A stretch of DNA of 64,000 nt from Candidatus Chisholmbacteria bacterium RIFCSPHIGHO2_01_FULL_52_32. GTDB taxonomy: Bacteria > Patescibacteriota > Microgenomatia > UBA1400 > Chisholmbacteraceae. The stretch lies in contig MHCJ01000003.1 of assembly GCA_001816585.1 (NCBI GenBank), forward strand, positions 348,228 to 412,227, read 5' to 3'. The translations under genes were made by a program, and so were the position numbers. A model generated the notes under the pieces. The model ran no database searches. It saw nothing but the letters and a program-made list of their open reading frames with translations, and was not told the origin of the DNA. This document shows, piece after piece, positions 20,267-29,782 of the stretch. Position 1 is the stretch's first letter; each line of letters opens with the position of its first letter.

Positions 20267-20294
20267 TAGCGTCTAGGGCCTAGCGTCTAGGGAA
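20267..20294 (+). repeat. Short heptamer array just upstream of the glmS start
   Basis: tagcgtc tagggcc tagcgtc tagggaa. Confidence 0.55.
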
Positions 20295-20373
20295 CACCAT
20301 TGACCCGAATGGACGTTTCTCCTTCTTCTATCTGAGATATAACTATGAAAACTATTGGGGCTGAAGAAGCCCT

Positions 20374-20567
20374 TCCGGATTCGCTTTGGACTTTGTCTCT
20401 ATGAAAAGAGCATTGATCCTCATCACGTTTTGTTTGGTTGGCCGGACAACCAAGGGGTTTCCGCAGATACTCCCGCAAGCTTTGCGGGGTCCGATTGCCC
20501 CCTACCGGTTGGCAGGAGACCCCCTTCCTCGTATCCCAGCTGCTCGCGAGCGGCTGGGCCACACGCT
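20374..20567 (-). ncRNA. glmS ribozyme/riboswitch, variant with inserted hairpins
   Basis: Minus strand: A|GCGUGUGG, P1 CCCAGC/GCUGGG, ACGAGG, P2 AGGGG/CCCCU, AUCG, AUCUGCGGA, P3 UGGUUG/CAACCA, P3.1 UCCGG/CCGGA, P4-like GGAU...CAAA-GUCC; directly 5' of glmS. Confidence 0.85.
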
Positions 20568-20601
20568 TCTTATTGTTTTTTCTTCCGTCCTCCTTTCTGT
20601 C

Positions 20602-21927
20602 TTACGACTCCTGTGTTCGCCTTATTGTAGCACCCAAATCCATCAAACGTCCATCAAGGTTCTCATATCCTCTGTCGATCAGGTCAACGCCCGCCAGGGT
20701 GGTCGTCCCATCGGCAATGAGAGCGGCCAGAACCAAGGTCGCCCCGGCACGCAAATCATGAACCGAAAGATCATACCCATGCAGGGGAGTCGGCCCGCTG
20801 ATTCTTATTGCGTGATGGTACTCCGGACGGTCATTGAAAGGATTAAAATTGTAGAAATCTTGCGGATGGCTCAGGCGGGGACTGTAGAGTTTGATACGGG
20901 CACCCATTTTGAGAAGATCAGGAACGTACTGGAACCGTTGGGCGTGTACCGTTTCGTGGATTGTAGACTGACCCATCGCTTGGGTTGCGACCACCGCCCA
21001 AAGGGGTTGCCAGTCGGTCATAAATCCCGGGTGAGGGGCCGTTGTCACCTGAACCGCGATGAGGGGTCTTTTATAGAAAAAACGGATCCCAAAGTCCCCT
21101 ACTTCGAATCCCCCGCCGGCTTGTTCATACTTTTGTAAAAATGCGGTGAGGTGTTCCTTTTTCACATTTTCAACAATGATATCGCCTTTGGAAGCAACTG
21201 CAGCGCAGGCATAGGAAACCGCTTCATTACGATCCGGCATAATTTTGTGAATTACCGGCTTTAAATGTTTGACACCCTCGATTACGATCCTTCTGTCCGG
21301 TTTCCGGTGAATTTTCGCCCCCATCTTTACCAAACATGAAATGAGGTCGTCCACTTCAGGCTCCAGGGCGACATTCTCAAGTATGGTTTTCCCTTTCGCC
21401 AGGACAGCGGCCATAACGAGCGTCTCGGTCCCTGTATGGGTATTTTTGGCAAACCTGTAACGTCCTCCCCGTAGTTCCTTGGTTGTTACACGCATCTTTT
21501 TTCCGTCAAAGTCGATTTTGGCACCCAGCGCCTTCAAGCCTTCGACATGTCTTTCGAGCGGTCTTCGGCCGATGTTGTCTCCGCCGGGGAGCGGGAGGAT
21601 GGCTGTTTTGAATCGCGCGAGAAGAGGACCGACGAACATCGTTGAGGCTCGGGACTGATTGCCGAACTTTTGGGGAATTTCGTGTCCTTTGATCGAAGTG
21701 GTTTCGATAAAAAGCGTTCGTTCCCCGGAACTTCTTATTTTCCCTCCCAGATGGGTTATGATTTTTCTGGTTATCTCAACATCACTGATTTGGGGAATGT
21801 TTAAAAGCCTGCTTTGGCCATTTGCGAGGAGGGCAGCGATCATTACTTTGAAGCTCACGTTTTTTGCTCCTCCGAGCCGGACTGACCCATTGAGCCTTTT
21901 TCCGCCCTGAATGATGAATTTTTCCAT
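20602..21927 (-). CDS. murA: UDP-GlcNAc enolpyruvyl transferase, Asp-type active site
   Basis: GAKN, SRAS, LPGGDNIGRRP, PHPGFMTDWQ, DLRAGA, IDRGYE. Confidence 0.97.
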   Translation of the reverse strand: MEKFIIQGGKRLNGSVRLGGAKNVSFKVMIAALLANGQSRLLNIPQISDVEITRKIITHLGGKIRSSGERTLFIETTSIKGHEIPQKFGNQSRASTMFVGPLLARFKTAILPLPGGDNIGRRPLERHVEGLKALGAKIDFDGKKMRVTTKELRGGRYRFAKNTHTGTETLVMAAVLAKGKTILENVALEPEVDDLISCLVKMGAKIHRKPDRRIVIEGVKHLKPVIHKIMPDRNEAVSYACAAVASKGDIIVENVKKEHLTAFLQKYEQAGGGFEVGDFGIRFFYKRPLIAVQVTTAPHPGFMTDWQPLWAVVATQAMGQSTIHETVHAQRFQYVPDLLKMGARIKLYSPRLSHPQDFYNFNPFNDRPEYHHAIRISGPTPLHGYDLSVHDLRAGATLVLAALIADGTTTLAGVDLIDRGYENLDGRLMDLGATIRRTQES

Positions 21928-22901
21928 CAGAACTCCCCGAGTTGAAATACCTCGAATTTCAATGCAACGCCAAATTTTTTGTTGACCGCGGTTCGAACTT
22001 TGGCTACAAGTCCAAGGACATCCCCGGCCGTCGCTTGACCCGTATTGATGATGAAGTTGGCATGCTTCGGACTAACCATGGCTCCGCCGACCGCGAGCCC
22101 TTTCAGGCCTGTTTTGTCGATAAGCCATCCTGCTGATTGAGCCAAAAGTCTCCTTCCGTACCCATCTTCACGAGCGGGGTTTTTGAACATACACCCGGAA
22201 CTGGGGAAGTTCAGGGGTTGGGTTTGAACCCTCAAATGGGCAAAGGCTTCGGCTTTTTTCCATAACGCCCGGGAATCTCCACCTTTTAATTGGAAGATCA
22301 CCGAAGTTACCACCTCCCCGGTTTTCTGGAGAATGGAATAGTCGTAGGCAAACTTCATCTGATCACCCCTTCGCGTCCGTTCCCTCCCTTGTTTGTTGAT
22401 AAGCTTCACTTCCGAAACGCGCTCTCCGATCAATTGGTTCTTGAAGTGGGCGTTGTTGTAGATGGCTCCTCCGATCGTCCCGGGCACACCCAGGAAGTAC
22501 TCCAGCCCGGCTAATCCTTCATGAATGGTGTATCGGACGAGGTGGTTGGTGATGACCCCGCTTTCCGCCTCAACCTTCACCGCCGTCAGCGCAAGCTGTT
22601 TCCCTTGGATTTTTCCCCTGTACTTTCTGACCTTGATCTTATCAGCCCTGTTTTTGATCACCAACCCACGGAATCCCTTATCACCGACCAGGACGTTTGA
22701 CCCTCCGCCCAAAACCACATAGGGAACCTGACTTTTGATGGCTGCCTTGATTGCTTTGGTTAATTCATCACCACTGGTGGCTATGAAGAACAGGTCTGCC
22801 GGACCACCGATTTTGAAGTACGTGTACGGAGCCAGCGGCTCGTCAGTTTTCAGGCGCGTGGTTCCCATCAACCTGGTCAGTTTTTCGTACGTTTTTTTCA
22901 T
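21927..22901 (-). CDS. murB: UDP-N-acetylenolpyruvylglucosamine reductase
   Basis: TYFKIGGPA, LGGGSNVL, GVPGTIGGA, QPLNFPSSGCMFKNP, HANFIIN; start MKKT with SD. Confidence 0.96.
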   Translation of the reverse strand: MKKTYEKLTRLMGTTRLKTDEPLAPYTYFKIGGPADLFFIATSGDELTKAIKAAIKSQVPYVVLGGGSNVLVGDKGFRGLVIKNRADKIKVRKYRGKIQGKQLALTAVKVEAESGVITNHLVRYTIHEGLAGLEYFLGVPGTIGGAIYNNAHFKNQLIGERVSEVKLINKQGRERTRRGDQMKFAYDYSILQKTGEVVTSVIFQLKGGDSRALWKKAEAFAHLRVQTQPLNFPSSGCMFKNPAREDGYGRRLLAQSAGWLIDKTGLKGLAVGGAMVSPKHANFIINTGQATAGDVLGLVAKVRTAVNKKFGVALKFEVFQLGEF

Positions 22902-22921
22902 CCTCGCTCCATGCCCGTTTT

Positions 22922-24328
22922 TTATTTCCTGACAAAATCCCATCCAACCCTGTAGATGTCCCCCGCTCCGAGTGTCAGAACCACATCACCCTGACCGGTC
23001 TTTTGTTTGAGGTATTCTAGCACGTGATCCTTTTTACAATACCGTACCCTTGGATTCACTTGGGCAGCTATCCTGGCTACATCTCTCCCGGAGATGGTGG
23101 GATCTTTCGCTTCCCGTGCCGAACCATAGATGTCCGTCACAATTGCTTCATCTGCCAGGCTTAGGGCTTTTGCGAATTCCGGAAGGAGTGCTTTGGTTCT
23201 TGAGTATGTATGCGGCTGAAAGACAGCCACGATGCGGCGATTTGGGAACCATTTCCTGGCAGCCGAGAGGGTGGCTGTGATTTCCTTCGGGTGATGCGCA
23301 TAGTCGTCCCATACCTCAATTCCCCGGATTATTCCGACCGGTTGAAAACGCCGCATGGTCCCTTGGTACTCCTCAAGCGCCTTGATCGATTCTGTTTGGG
23401 CCACACCCAATTGGGTTGCTGCAATGAGTGCAGCGGTGGCATTGGCGGCGTTGAATTTTCCCGGAACACGTAAGGCAAGCTTCAAACGTATTCCGGCAAC
23501 GGTCAGTCTCACTTCCGTTCTTCCTCCTTCCATGACTACTTTCTGAATCCGCCAGCTTGCCTGCGGTGAGAATCCGTATGGGATGACTTCGACGTTTTTT
23601 CCCTGTTTCGGAAAGCTTTGAAAAAGAGATTGTACAGCGGGGCTGTCGATATTTCCGATCAGCACTCCTCCCTTAGGGAGACGGAGGAAAAACGCTTGGA
23701 AAGCCCGCTTGGTTTCCTCAAGATTCCGATAGACATCCGGGTGGTCGAATTCGATGTTTGTAACAATCGTAATCATCGGGTTCAAATAGAGGAACTTCGG
23801 GCTATTGTCGATCCCGGAAACTGCGACGTAGTCGTCCGCCTCGACCACCGCCAATTTCCCCGGTTGGTATCTTCCCGGAACTCCCAAGCCAAGGATGTTT
23901 CCCACCCCTACCACGAAGCTTGGTTTTCTTCCGGTTCGACTGAGGATCGTTGCCAGCATTGCGGCGGTCGTCGATTTTCCTCCCACCCCACAGGTTGCGA
24001 TCACCGCTTTATCGGAAACCATCTGGGCTAAGGCTTGGGCGTAATTCAGCGTCCGGATACCCAAGCGTTGGGCGGCTTTGACCTCCGGATTTTGAGGTCT
24101 GGCTCCGCTGTAGACGAGAAGATCAACGTCCTTATTGAGGTTCTCTGCTGCGAACCCTTCGGCTACTTCGATACGCCGCTTGGTTAAGATTTTTTCTGTG
24201 ACGAACTGATCGGCCACATCACTTCCCGAAATTCGGATTCCCCTATCCTGCGCGTAAAGGGCAAGGGCGGTCATGCCTACCCCTTTGATTCCTGAAAAAT
24301 GAATGCGTTTGGCTGTCTTTATATCCAT
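22922..24328 (-). CDS. murC: UDP-MurNAc:L-Ala ligase
   Basis: HFSGIKGVGMTALA, VEADD, NIEFDHPD, RRFQ, DDYAHHP.EI, FQPHTYSRT, LGAGDI. Confidence 0.97.
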   Translation of the reverse strand: MDIKTAKRIHFSGIKGVGMTALALYAQDRGIRISGSDVADQFVTEKILTKRRIEVAEGFAAENLNKDVDLLVYSGARPQNPEVKAAQRLGIRTLNYAQALAQMVSDKAVIATCGVGGKSTTAAMLATILSRTGRKPSFVVGVGNILGLGVPGRYQPGKLAVVEADDYVAVSGIDNSPKFLYLNPMITIVTNIEFDHPDVYRNLEETKRAFQAFFLRLPKGGVLIGNIDSPAVQSLFQSFPKQGKNVEVIPYGFSPQASWRIQKVVMEGGRTEVRLTVAGIRLKLALRVPGKFNAANATAALIAATQLGVAQTESIKALEEYQGTMRRFQPVGIIRGIEVWDDYAHHPKEITATLSAARKWFPNRRIVAVFQPHTYSRTKALLPEFAKALSLADEAIVTDIYGSAREAKDPTISGRDVARIAAQVNPRVRYCKKDHVLEYLKQKTGQGDVVLTLGAGDIYRVGWDFVRK

Positions 24329-24347
24329 GGTTTTCCCCGTACCTTCC

Positions 24348-25085
24348 TCAGGCTAAAAGTCCAATAACCGCAGCGAAACGGCCCTCCGGCTCTGTGGTTT
24401 CTTTGCTCCTTTTAAACGAGAACAGCGATTGATCCATTACCGTGCAGGCGGATGATACTTCGATGTTAGCTTGTTTGACACCGGCGTTTCGGGCGGTCTC
24501 ATTCACGAAGCCGGGCAGATCCAGTGCATACTGATTTGCCGTCTGCCTGATAAAGGGGGACCATTCCGGAAGCTGAAGCTGCAGGGGAGGGTCTTTCCAA
24601 ATGTTGCAACACTTCCCGATCGATGGCCCGAGTGCGACCAAAAGCCTGGCAGGATTGGTTTTGAACTCAAGCATCATTCTTTGGATGGCAACCAGCACAA
24701 TTTTTCCCATCGTCCCTTTCCATCCGGAATGTACCAGCCCAATGGCCGTGTTTTCCGGATCGAAAAGAAAGATAGGAATGCAGTCAGCCACGCGCAGCAT
24801 CAGGACGACTTCGTGATCGTTTGTTATCATCCCGTCCGCATCAGGAATTATGTTTCCGCCCTGCCTTTTTCCCACCCTCACCACATTGGTTTTGTGGACC
24901 TGCTGGGCTTCAACGATCTTTCCGGAATCGGTTTCCAGACTCTTGAAAAAGCGGGCTCTGCTTCTGCCAACGTCCTTTGGACGCCCGAAACGGAGATCGA
25001 TGTTCCCGTCGACCTTGGTTGATATCCCGCCGGTTACATTGGAGTCACCGAGAAGGGAAAACGCCAGCATCTTCAATACCTTCAC
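24348..25085 (-). CDS. pgeF: PgeF/YlmD (laccase-domain) family protein
   Basis: QVH, ADGMIT, VADCIPI, VHSGWKG, LGPSIGKCC, CT....LFSFKR. Confidence 0.88.
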   Translation of the reverse strand: MKVLKMLAFSLLGDSNVTGGISTKVDGNIDLRFGRPKDVGRSRARFFKSLETDSGKIVEAQQVHKTNVVRVGKRQGGNIIPDADGMITNDHEVVLMLRVADCIPIFLFDPENTAIGLVHSGWKGTMGKIVLVAIQRMMLEFKTNPARLLVALGPSIGKCCNIWKDPPLQLQLPEWSPFIRQTANQYALDLPGFVNETARNAGVKQANIEVSSACTVMDQSLFSFKRSKETTEPEGRFAAVIGLLA

Positions 25086-25104
25086 TTACCTTTCTGTCTT
25101 CCTC

Positions 25105-26364
25105 TCATGGCTGTGGTCTTTCCTGCCTCTCAAATAGCTTGGCTTCTCGGGGAACATCCCGATACACGGTAACGCCGGGACCGACAAGGGCCTTCCCGCC
25201 GATTTTTATGCCCGGCATGAGGCTGGCGTTCACTCCGACACGGGCCCCACGTCCCACGATTGCCCCCAGCTTCTTTCTTCCGGTGTTTACGTTTTCTGAA
25301 GCGACTTTCGAAGCGATCGCCCCCGCATCGAAGCGGAAGTTGGCAGTCACCGCTCCGGCCCCGAAGTAGTTCTCCCCTTCAAGGATGGTGTCTCCGATGT
25401 AGTTTTGATGGAGCCAGCAGCCGTCTCCGATATAGCTTCTGGTGATTTCTGAAGAAAATCCGACTACGGTATTTTCCCCGATGATCGACTCTAAAACCAG
25501 ACAGTTGGTTCCGATCGACGAACTGTTTCCGATATACGCCGGGCCTTTAATTACCGCTTGTTCCAACACCGAAACATTGTCTCCGATCACCACCGGTCCT
25601 TCGATTGTGGCTTTCGGGTGAATGACAGCCTTTTTACTAACCCGTTTTTCCTTCAGACTACTCAGGAAGAGCCTGGCCATTTCCAAGATATCCCAGGGGT
25701 ACTTCACGAATCCGAACGGTCCCTCGTAGCGCACCAGTCCCGCACCTCCATTTTCCAAAAGCCTTGAAACGGCGTGTTCGTAGACATCATCGGTTTCCGA
25801 TTTTACTTTTTCTATTTCCGTCAGGAGATCGTCGGCATTTCGGAAATAGTGGACGACCAAGTTGACGAGTGTGCTCGGTTCCGAGCCTGCCTCTGGCTTC
25901 TCGACAATCTCAAGAACCCTTTCATTTCGGACGCGCAAATATCCCCCCTGGAAGTGCTGTCCGTGTTCCCGGCCAGGAATGATCACCCTTTCACTGCCCA
26001 TTTCCGATTTTGTGAGAACGTCATGGTACAACGATTGGTCAACCCTGTCCGCCCCATTGATGACAAGAATTGCTTTTCCCCCGATCTCCTTTTTGGCGGT
26101 CCGTAGGGCGTCCGCCATTCCCATGGGCTTCTCCTGAACCACGATGGTGATCCTTCCGCTTCTGGGCTTTATGCGACCGATGTCTTTTTTGTTGGCTTCG
26201 TTGGCGACTACGAGGATTCTCTCGATCTTTTCGTGATTCAGACTTTGAATGGTATGCTCAATCAGTGGCCGTCCAAGGAAAGGAAGCAGGCTTTTATCTG
26301 TTTCAATCGGCCAGAAGCGTTTCCCCACACCCCCGGCTAAGACGATCGCGACGGGTTTGTTCAT
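25105..26364 (-). CDS. glmU: Bifunctional sugar-1-P nucleotidyl/acetyltransferase (GlmU-like, archaeal-type layout)
   Basis: LAGGVGKRFWP, YPWDIL, LbH repeats, GAGAVTANFRFD, TGRKKLGAIVG. Confidence 0.8.
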   Translation of the reverse strand: MNKPVAIVLAGGVGKRFWPIETDKSLLPFLGRPLIEHTIQSLNHEKIERILVVANEANKKDIGRIKPRSGRITIVVQEKPMGMADALRTAKKEIGGKAILVINGADRVDQSLYHDVLTKSEMGSERVIIPGREHGQHFQGGYLRVRNERVLEIVEKPEAGSEPSTLVNLVVHYFRNADDLLTEIEKVKSETDDVYEHAVSRLLENGGAGLVRYEGPFGFVKYPWDILEMARLFLSSLKEKRVSKKAVIHPKATIEGPVVIGDNVSVLEQAVIKGPAYIGNSSSIGTNCLVLESIIGENTVVGFSSEITRSYIGDGCWLHQNYIGDTILEGENYFGAGAVTANFRFDAGAIASKVASENVNTGRKKLGAIVGRGARVGVNASLMPGIKIGGKALVGPGVTVYRDVPREAKLFERQERPQP

Positions 26365-27566
26365 TTGGCCTTCTTTCTCGTTTTCAATGCCCTTCGAACC
26401 GCTTCATGATCGGACCAAGGATATTCTGTCCTTCCGAAGCACATGCTCTTTTCATGACCCTTGCCGAACACGGCAACCACATCATTCTTTTTTGCAAGCT
26501 CTATTATCGCATAGTCAATCGCCTTTTGACGATCCGGAATCTTATAGACCGGGGTTTCTTCGCTCACTCCGCGAGCTATTTGTTCGATGATTTTTCCGAC
26601 ATCCTCCGTTCGAGGATCTTCTGCTGTCAGTACGATTTCATCGGCGAGGCGTGAGGCGACTTCACCCATCATCGGGCGCTTTGAAGGATCCCGAAGCCCT
26701 GCGGCTCCGAATACCGCGATGATCCGCTCCGAGGGGAGTTTTCTTTTACCACGAAGTGCCGATAGGGCTTCCTTGAGGGCATTTGGGGTATGGGCAAAGT
26801 CGACAAAGACGGCAATGTCTTCGTTTCGTCCAACCTGTTCCATGCGTCCCTCTATGCCTTTGAATTGCCTAAGCGTACGAAGGATGGCCTCTTGTTCGAT
26901 CTTCAGCGCTTTGGCGGCGCTGAAAGCGGCCAAGGCGTTTACGGCATTGTAGGCCTCGGATAGCTTCGGAGAAAGCGAGCTTCGGAATTGTCCCGTCATG
27001 GTGTAGTCACCACGGCTTCTCCCGTAGGTCAGGGTTTTCACATTTCCGGGCAGCATCTCCCTTACGAGAGCGTAGGCGGCATCATCGGCATTCAGGATTG
27101 CCACCTCCGTCTGTCTAAAGAGTTTGGCCTTCGCTCTAACATACCGAATGGAGCTTTTGTGGTAATCCAGGTGTTCGTGGGTAATGTTCGTCAGAACGGC
27201 TACTTTAAAATGACACCCCAGTAACCGATGCTGATCCAACCCATGAGATGTTACCTCCAACACCGCGTACTGGTACTTTTCTTCCACCATCCTTTTTAAT
27301 AACCGCTGCAATTTGAAGGACACAGGTGTGGTGACGTGAAAGCCCGTATCAATTTCCTTCTCCCCCAGTCGCGCGGCAACGGAGGAAACCATGGCTACCC
27401 GCTTCCCGGCGGTCCTCAATATCTCATAGATAAGGTGCACGGTTGTCGTCTTCCCATCGGTCCCGGTAACACCGATGAGGATCAGCCGTTTTGACGGATA
27501 TCCGAACCAGAGGTTCGCCAAGAGGGCGAGCCAGAAATGATAGATATTTTTTAGGCTTTGCCACAT
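26361..27566 (-). CDS. murE: MurE tripeptide synthetase lacking the N-terminal domain
   Basis: GVTGTDGKTTT, EVTSHGLDQHR, TNITHEHLDYH, DFAHTP, AEDPR, GKGHE. Confidence 0.92.
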   Translation of the reverse strand: MWQSLKNIYHFWLALLANLWFGYPSKRLILIGVTGTDGKTTTVHLIYEILRTAGKRVAMVSSVAARLGEKEIDTGFHVTTPVSFKLQRLLKRMVEEKYQYAVLEVTSHGLDQHRLLGCHFKVAVLTNITHEHLDYHKSSIRYVRAKAKLFRQTEVAILNADDAAYALVREMLPGNVKTLTYGRSRGDYTMTGQFRSSLSPKLSEAYNAVNALAAFSAAKALKIEQEAILRTLRQFKGIEGRMEQVGRNEDIAVFVDFAHTPNALKEALSALRGKRKLPSERIIAVFGAAGLRDPSKRPMMGEVASRLADEIVLTAEDPRTEDVGKIIEQIARGVSEETPVYKIPDRQKAIDYAIIELAKKNDVVAVFGKGHEKSMCFGRTEYPWSDHEAVRRALKTRKKAK

Positions 27567-27628
27567 GGATGATTGTTTTTACAATTAACCCTATTATATC
27601 GTTCTCTTGAAGGGAGTTTGGTTTTTTC

Positions 27629-29368
27629 CTATTCCGGTTGAATCCCGTAATAATAGAAGAGGTCTTTTGCGATCGCGAACCAGAGTGGGGCGGCGGTTTC
27701 CGATCCCCATGGGGAGCTTTGCGGTTCACGGAGTTTGACGAGCATGGCGAAGACCGGATTCTCACTTGGCGCAAAACCTACGAAGCTTACGATTGTCTTG
27801 TCTTCATCATAGTGACCGGCAACCGGAATCTGGGCGGTTCCCGTTTTTCCCGCGATTCTGTATCCGTCGGGTTTTGCCCATTTCGCTTCGCCTTTCTCCA
27901 CCGCAGTAACCATCATTTCGGTGAGAAGCCTCGCGGTTTCGTTTGAAAGTACTCTTTTTCCAGGTTTCGGCTTCAACTCAAGCTCCACTTCACCCTCTAC
28001 CTTATGAACTACCTGGGGCTTAAGCATAACTCCGCCGTTTGCAATGGTTGCGACGATACGCGCCATTTGGATTCCCGTCACCGCAATGCCTTGGCCAAAA
28101 GAGGCTGTGGCGAGATCAATTTCCTTCCATTCCTTTTTTTGTCGGAGCTCTACCTTCGACTCTTCTTCAAGGTCAATCCCCGTCTTTTCTCCAATACCGA
28201 ACCTTACTAGATACTCGTAAAGGGTATCGAGGCCGAGTTTCCTGACCGCGAACACCATACCGGTGTTATCGGAATGCACAATGACCTCGGTCATGGTGGA
28301 GTTCGGATAATAAACGTCGTTCCAAGTGCGGATGGTGTAGCCTCCGATCTGAATGGGACCGCCGCACGTTTCGCAGATCGTTTCGGGGGTCACCGCCCTT
28401 GCGTCCAGGGCCGCAGCCATGGTGAGCACCTTGAAGGTCGATCCGGGTTCATAGGCTTCGGACACAATCGGGTTTTTATAGAGATACGGATCGAAATCAC
28501 CGAAATGGGCGGGATCATAGCTCGGCAGGGCTGCCATTGCGATCACTGCACCGGTCCGAGGATCAAGGATCACCACCTCACCGTTTCGGGCTCCGTATTT
28601 TCTCAAGCCCTCCTCGAGTCTTTTTTCCACAATTCTCTGAATGCTTCGGTCGAGGAAGAGCACGAGACTTCTCCCGTCCTTCGCATCGATCTCATCAAAA
28701 CGGCCAACCAGGATCGGTCTTCCGTGTGCATCCTTTTCATGGCGAATGACCCCCGGCCTGCCCTTGAGTTCTAAGTCATAGAGGCCTTCGAGACCAAAGT
28801 ATCCTTTGGGATTCCCCTCCGTGTCGCTGCCCACGAAGCCGAGGAGACTGGCTGACATCGAGGCTTCGGGATATTCACGCACGGGGACTTCATTAAAACC
28901 GATCCCTTCAAGGTTCAGTTTTTTAACTTCTTCTTTTTGCCGCTCACTCGCGTTTCGTACCAAAGGGGTCCACACGACATCTTTTCTGGTAAGCAATTTG
29001 AGGATTACGTCCTTTGCATCAATTGCGGGTCCGCGGCTGGTACTTTGAGACGATGGAGATGCCTCATGCTTTTCGAGGAGCGGGCCGAGAATAGGAGAAA
29101 GGAGATCCGCGACTTCCTGAGGGGACTGGCGAAGCTGCGGCAGATAGGCATAGACCAGGAAGCTCCTTTGATTGGTTGCCAGGGGGAATCCGTCGCTCGA
29201 ACGAATCTCGCCGCGCTTCGAGGGGATTTCGATCGTCTCGAAATGCTGTTTTTCACCCTGAGACTTTAACCCTTCCGCTTTGATGACCTGCCAGTAAAAC
29301 AGACGAGCGATCACCACGACCGTTAAGAACGTTAAAAGGACGGAGAAAAGTTTCAAACGCTTGTCCAT
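27629..29368 (-). CDS. ftsI: Class B penicillin-binding protein
   Basis: RGEI, REYP, YEPGSTFK (SxxK), SDN, KTGTAQ; follows ftsL. Confidence 0.92.
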   Translation of the reverse strand: MDKRLKLFSVLLTFLTVVVIARLFYWQVIKAEGLKSQGEKQHFETIEIPSKRGEIRSSDGFPLATNQRSFLVYAYLPQLRQSPQEVADLLSPILGPLLEKHEASPSSQSTSRGPAIDAKDVILKLLTRKDVVWTPLVRNASERQKEEVKKLNLEGIGFNEVPVREYPEASMSASLLGFVGSDTEGNPKGYFGLEGLYDLELKGRPGVIRHEKDAHGRPILVGRFDEIDAKDGRSLVLFLDRSIQRIVEKRLEEGLRKYGARNGEVVILDPRTGAVIAMAALPSYDPAHFGDFDPYLYKNPIVSEAYEPGSTFKVLTMAAALDARAVTPETICETCGGPIQIGGYTIRTWNDVYYPNSTMTEVIVHSDNTGMVFAVRKLGLDTLYEYLVRFGIGEKTGIDLEEESKVELRQKKEWKEIDLATASFGQGIAVTGIQMARIVATIANGGVMLKPQVVHKVEGEVELELKPKPGKRVLSNETARLLTEMMVTAVEKGEAKWAKPDGYRIAGKTGTAQIPVAGHYDEDKTIVSFVGFAPSENPVFAMLVKLREPQSSPWGSETAAPLWFAIAKDLFYYYGIQPE

Positions 29369-29481
29369 TTATGCGCCTTAGAGAAGACCGTGCTTAACCA
29401 TCGATTATCCCTATTATTTTATCCCGCATCTCGCTTGGGCTGAAAACCTGAGCAAAACCGTGGGTTGAAATCTCAAAAGCT

Positions 29482-29781
29482 TCATTGGTGCATCGCGATG
29501 GGGGGTTTGAGAGGAACGTTTACCGTCTTGACCGTTCCCGTCAACCCAAGGTTCGTGGCTCTCGCCTCAAGTGTGCGGAGCGAACTTAAGGTATTGATTT
29601 CCAAACGTAGCCGCTCGTTCTGCGAAGTTAGGTTTGCTTTCCGATTTTCAAGGCTCCGCAATCGTTCGCCACTTGTTGCCAAAACGTTTGAGACCACCAA
29701 GTTCCCGAACATCAGCGTGATCACGGCGGCGATTACCACCAGGATAAGTTTCTTCGGAGTCCGTAGTAATTTCGGTTTCAT
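29482..29781 (-). CDS. ftsL: FtsL-like protein
   Basis: TM plus leucine coiled coil ending LEARATNLGL; between rsmH and ftsI. Confidence 0.7.
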   Translation of the reverse strand: MKPKLLRTPKKLILVVIAAVITLMFGNLVVSNVLATSGERLRSLENRKANLTSQNERLRLEINTLSSLRTLEARATNLGLTGTVKTVNVPLKPPIAMHQ

Positions 29782-29782
29782 T

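Noticed and set aside
20374..20570. RNase P RNA (GAGGAAG resemblance)
   Set aside because: No GAGGAAAGUCC or 3' P4 partner; the glmS ribozyme landmarks explain the region.
20287..21138. ORFs 20287-20562, 20355-20630 and 20386-21138
   Set aside because: They overlap the ribozyme or are antisense to murA, and show no protein motifs.
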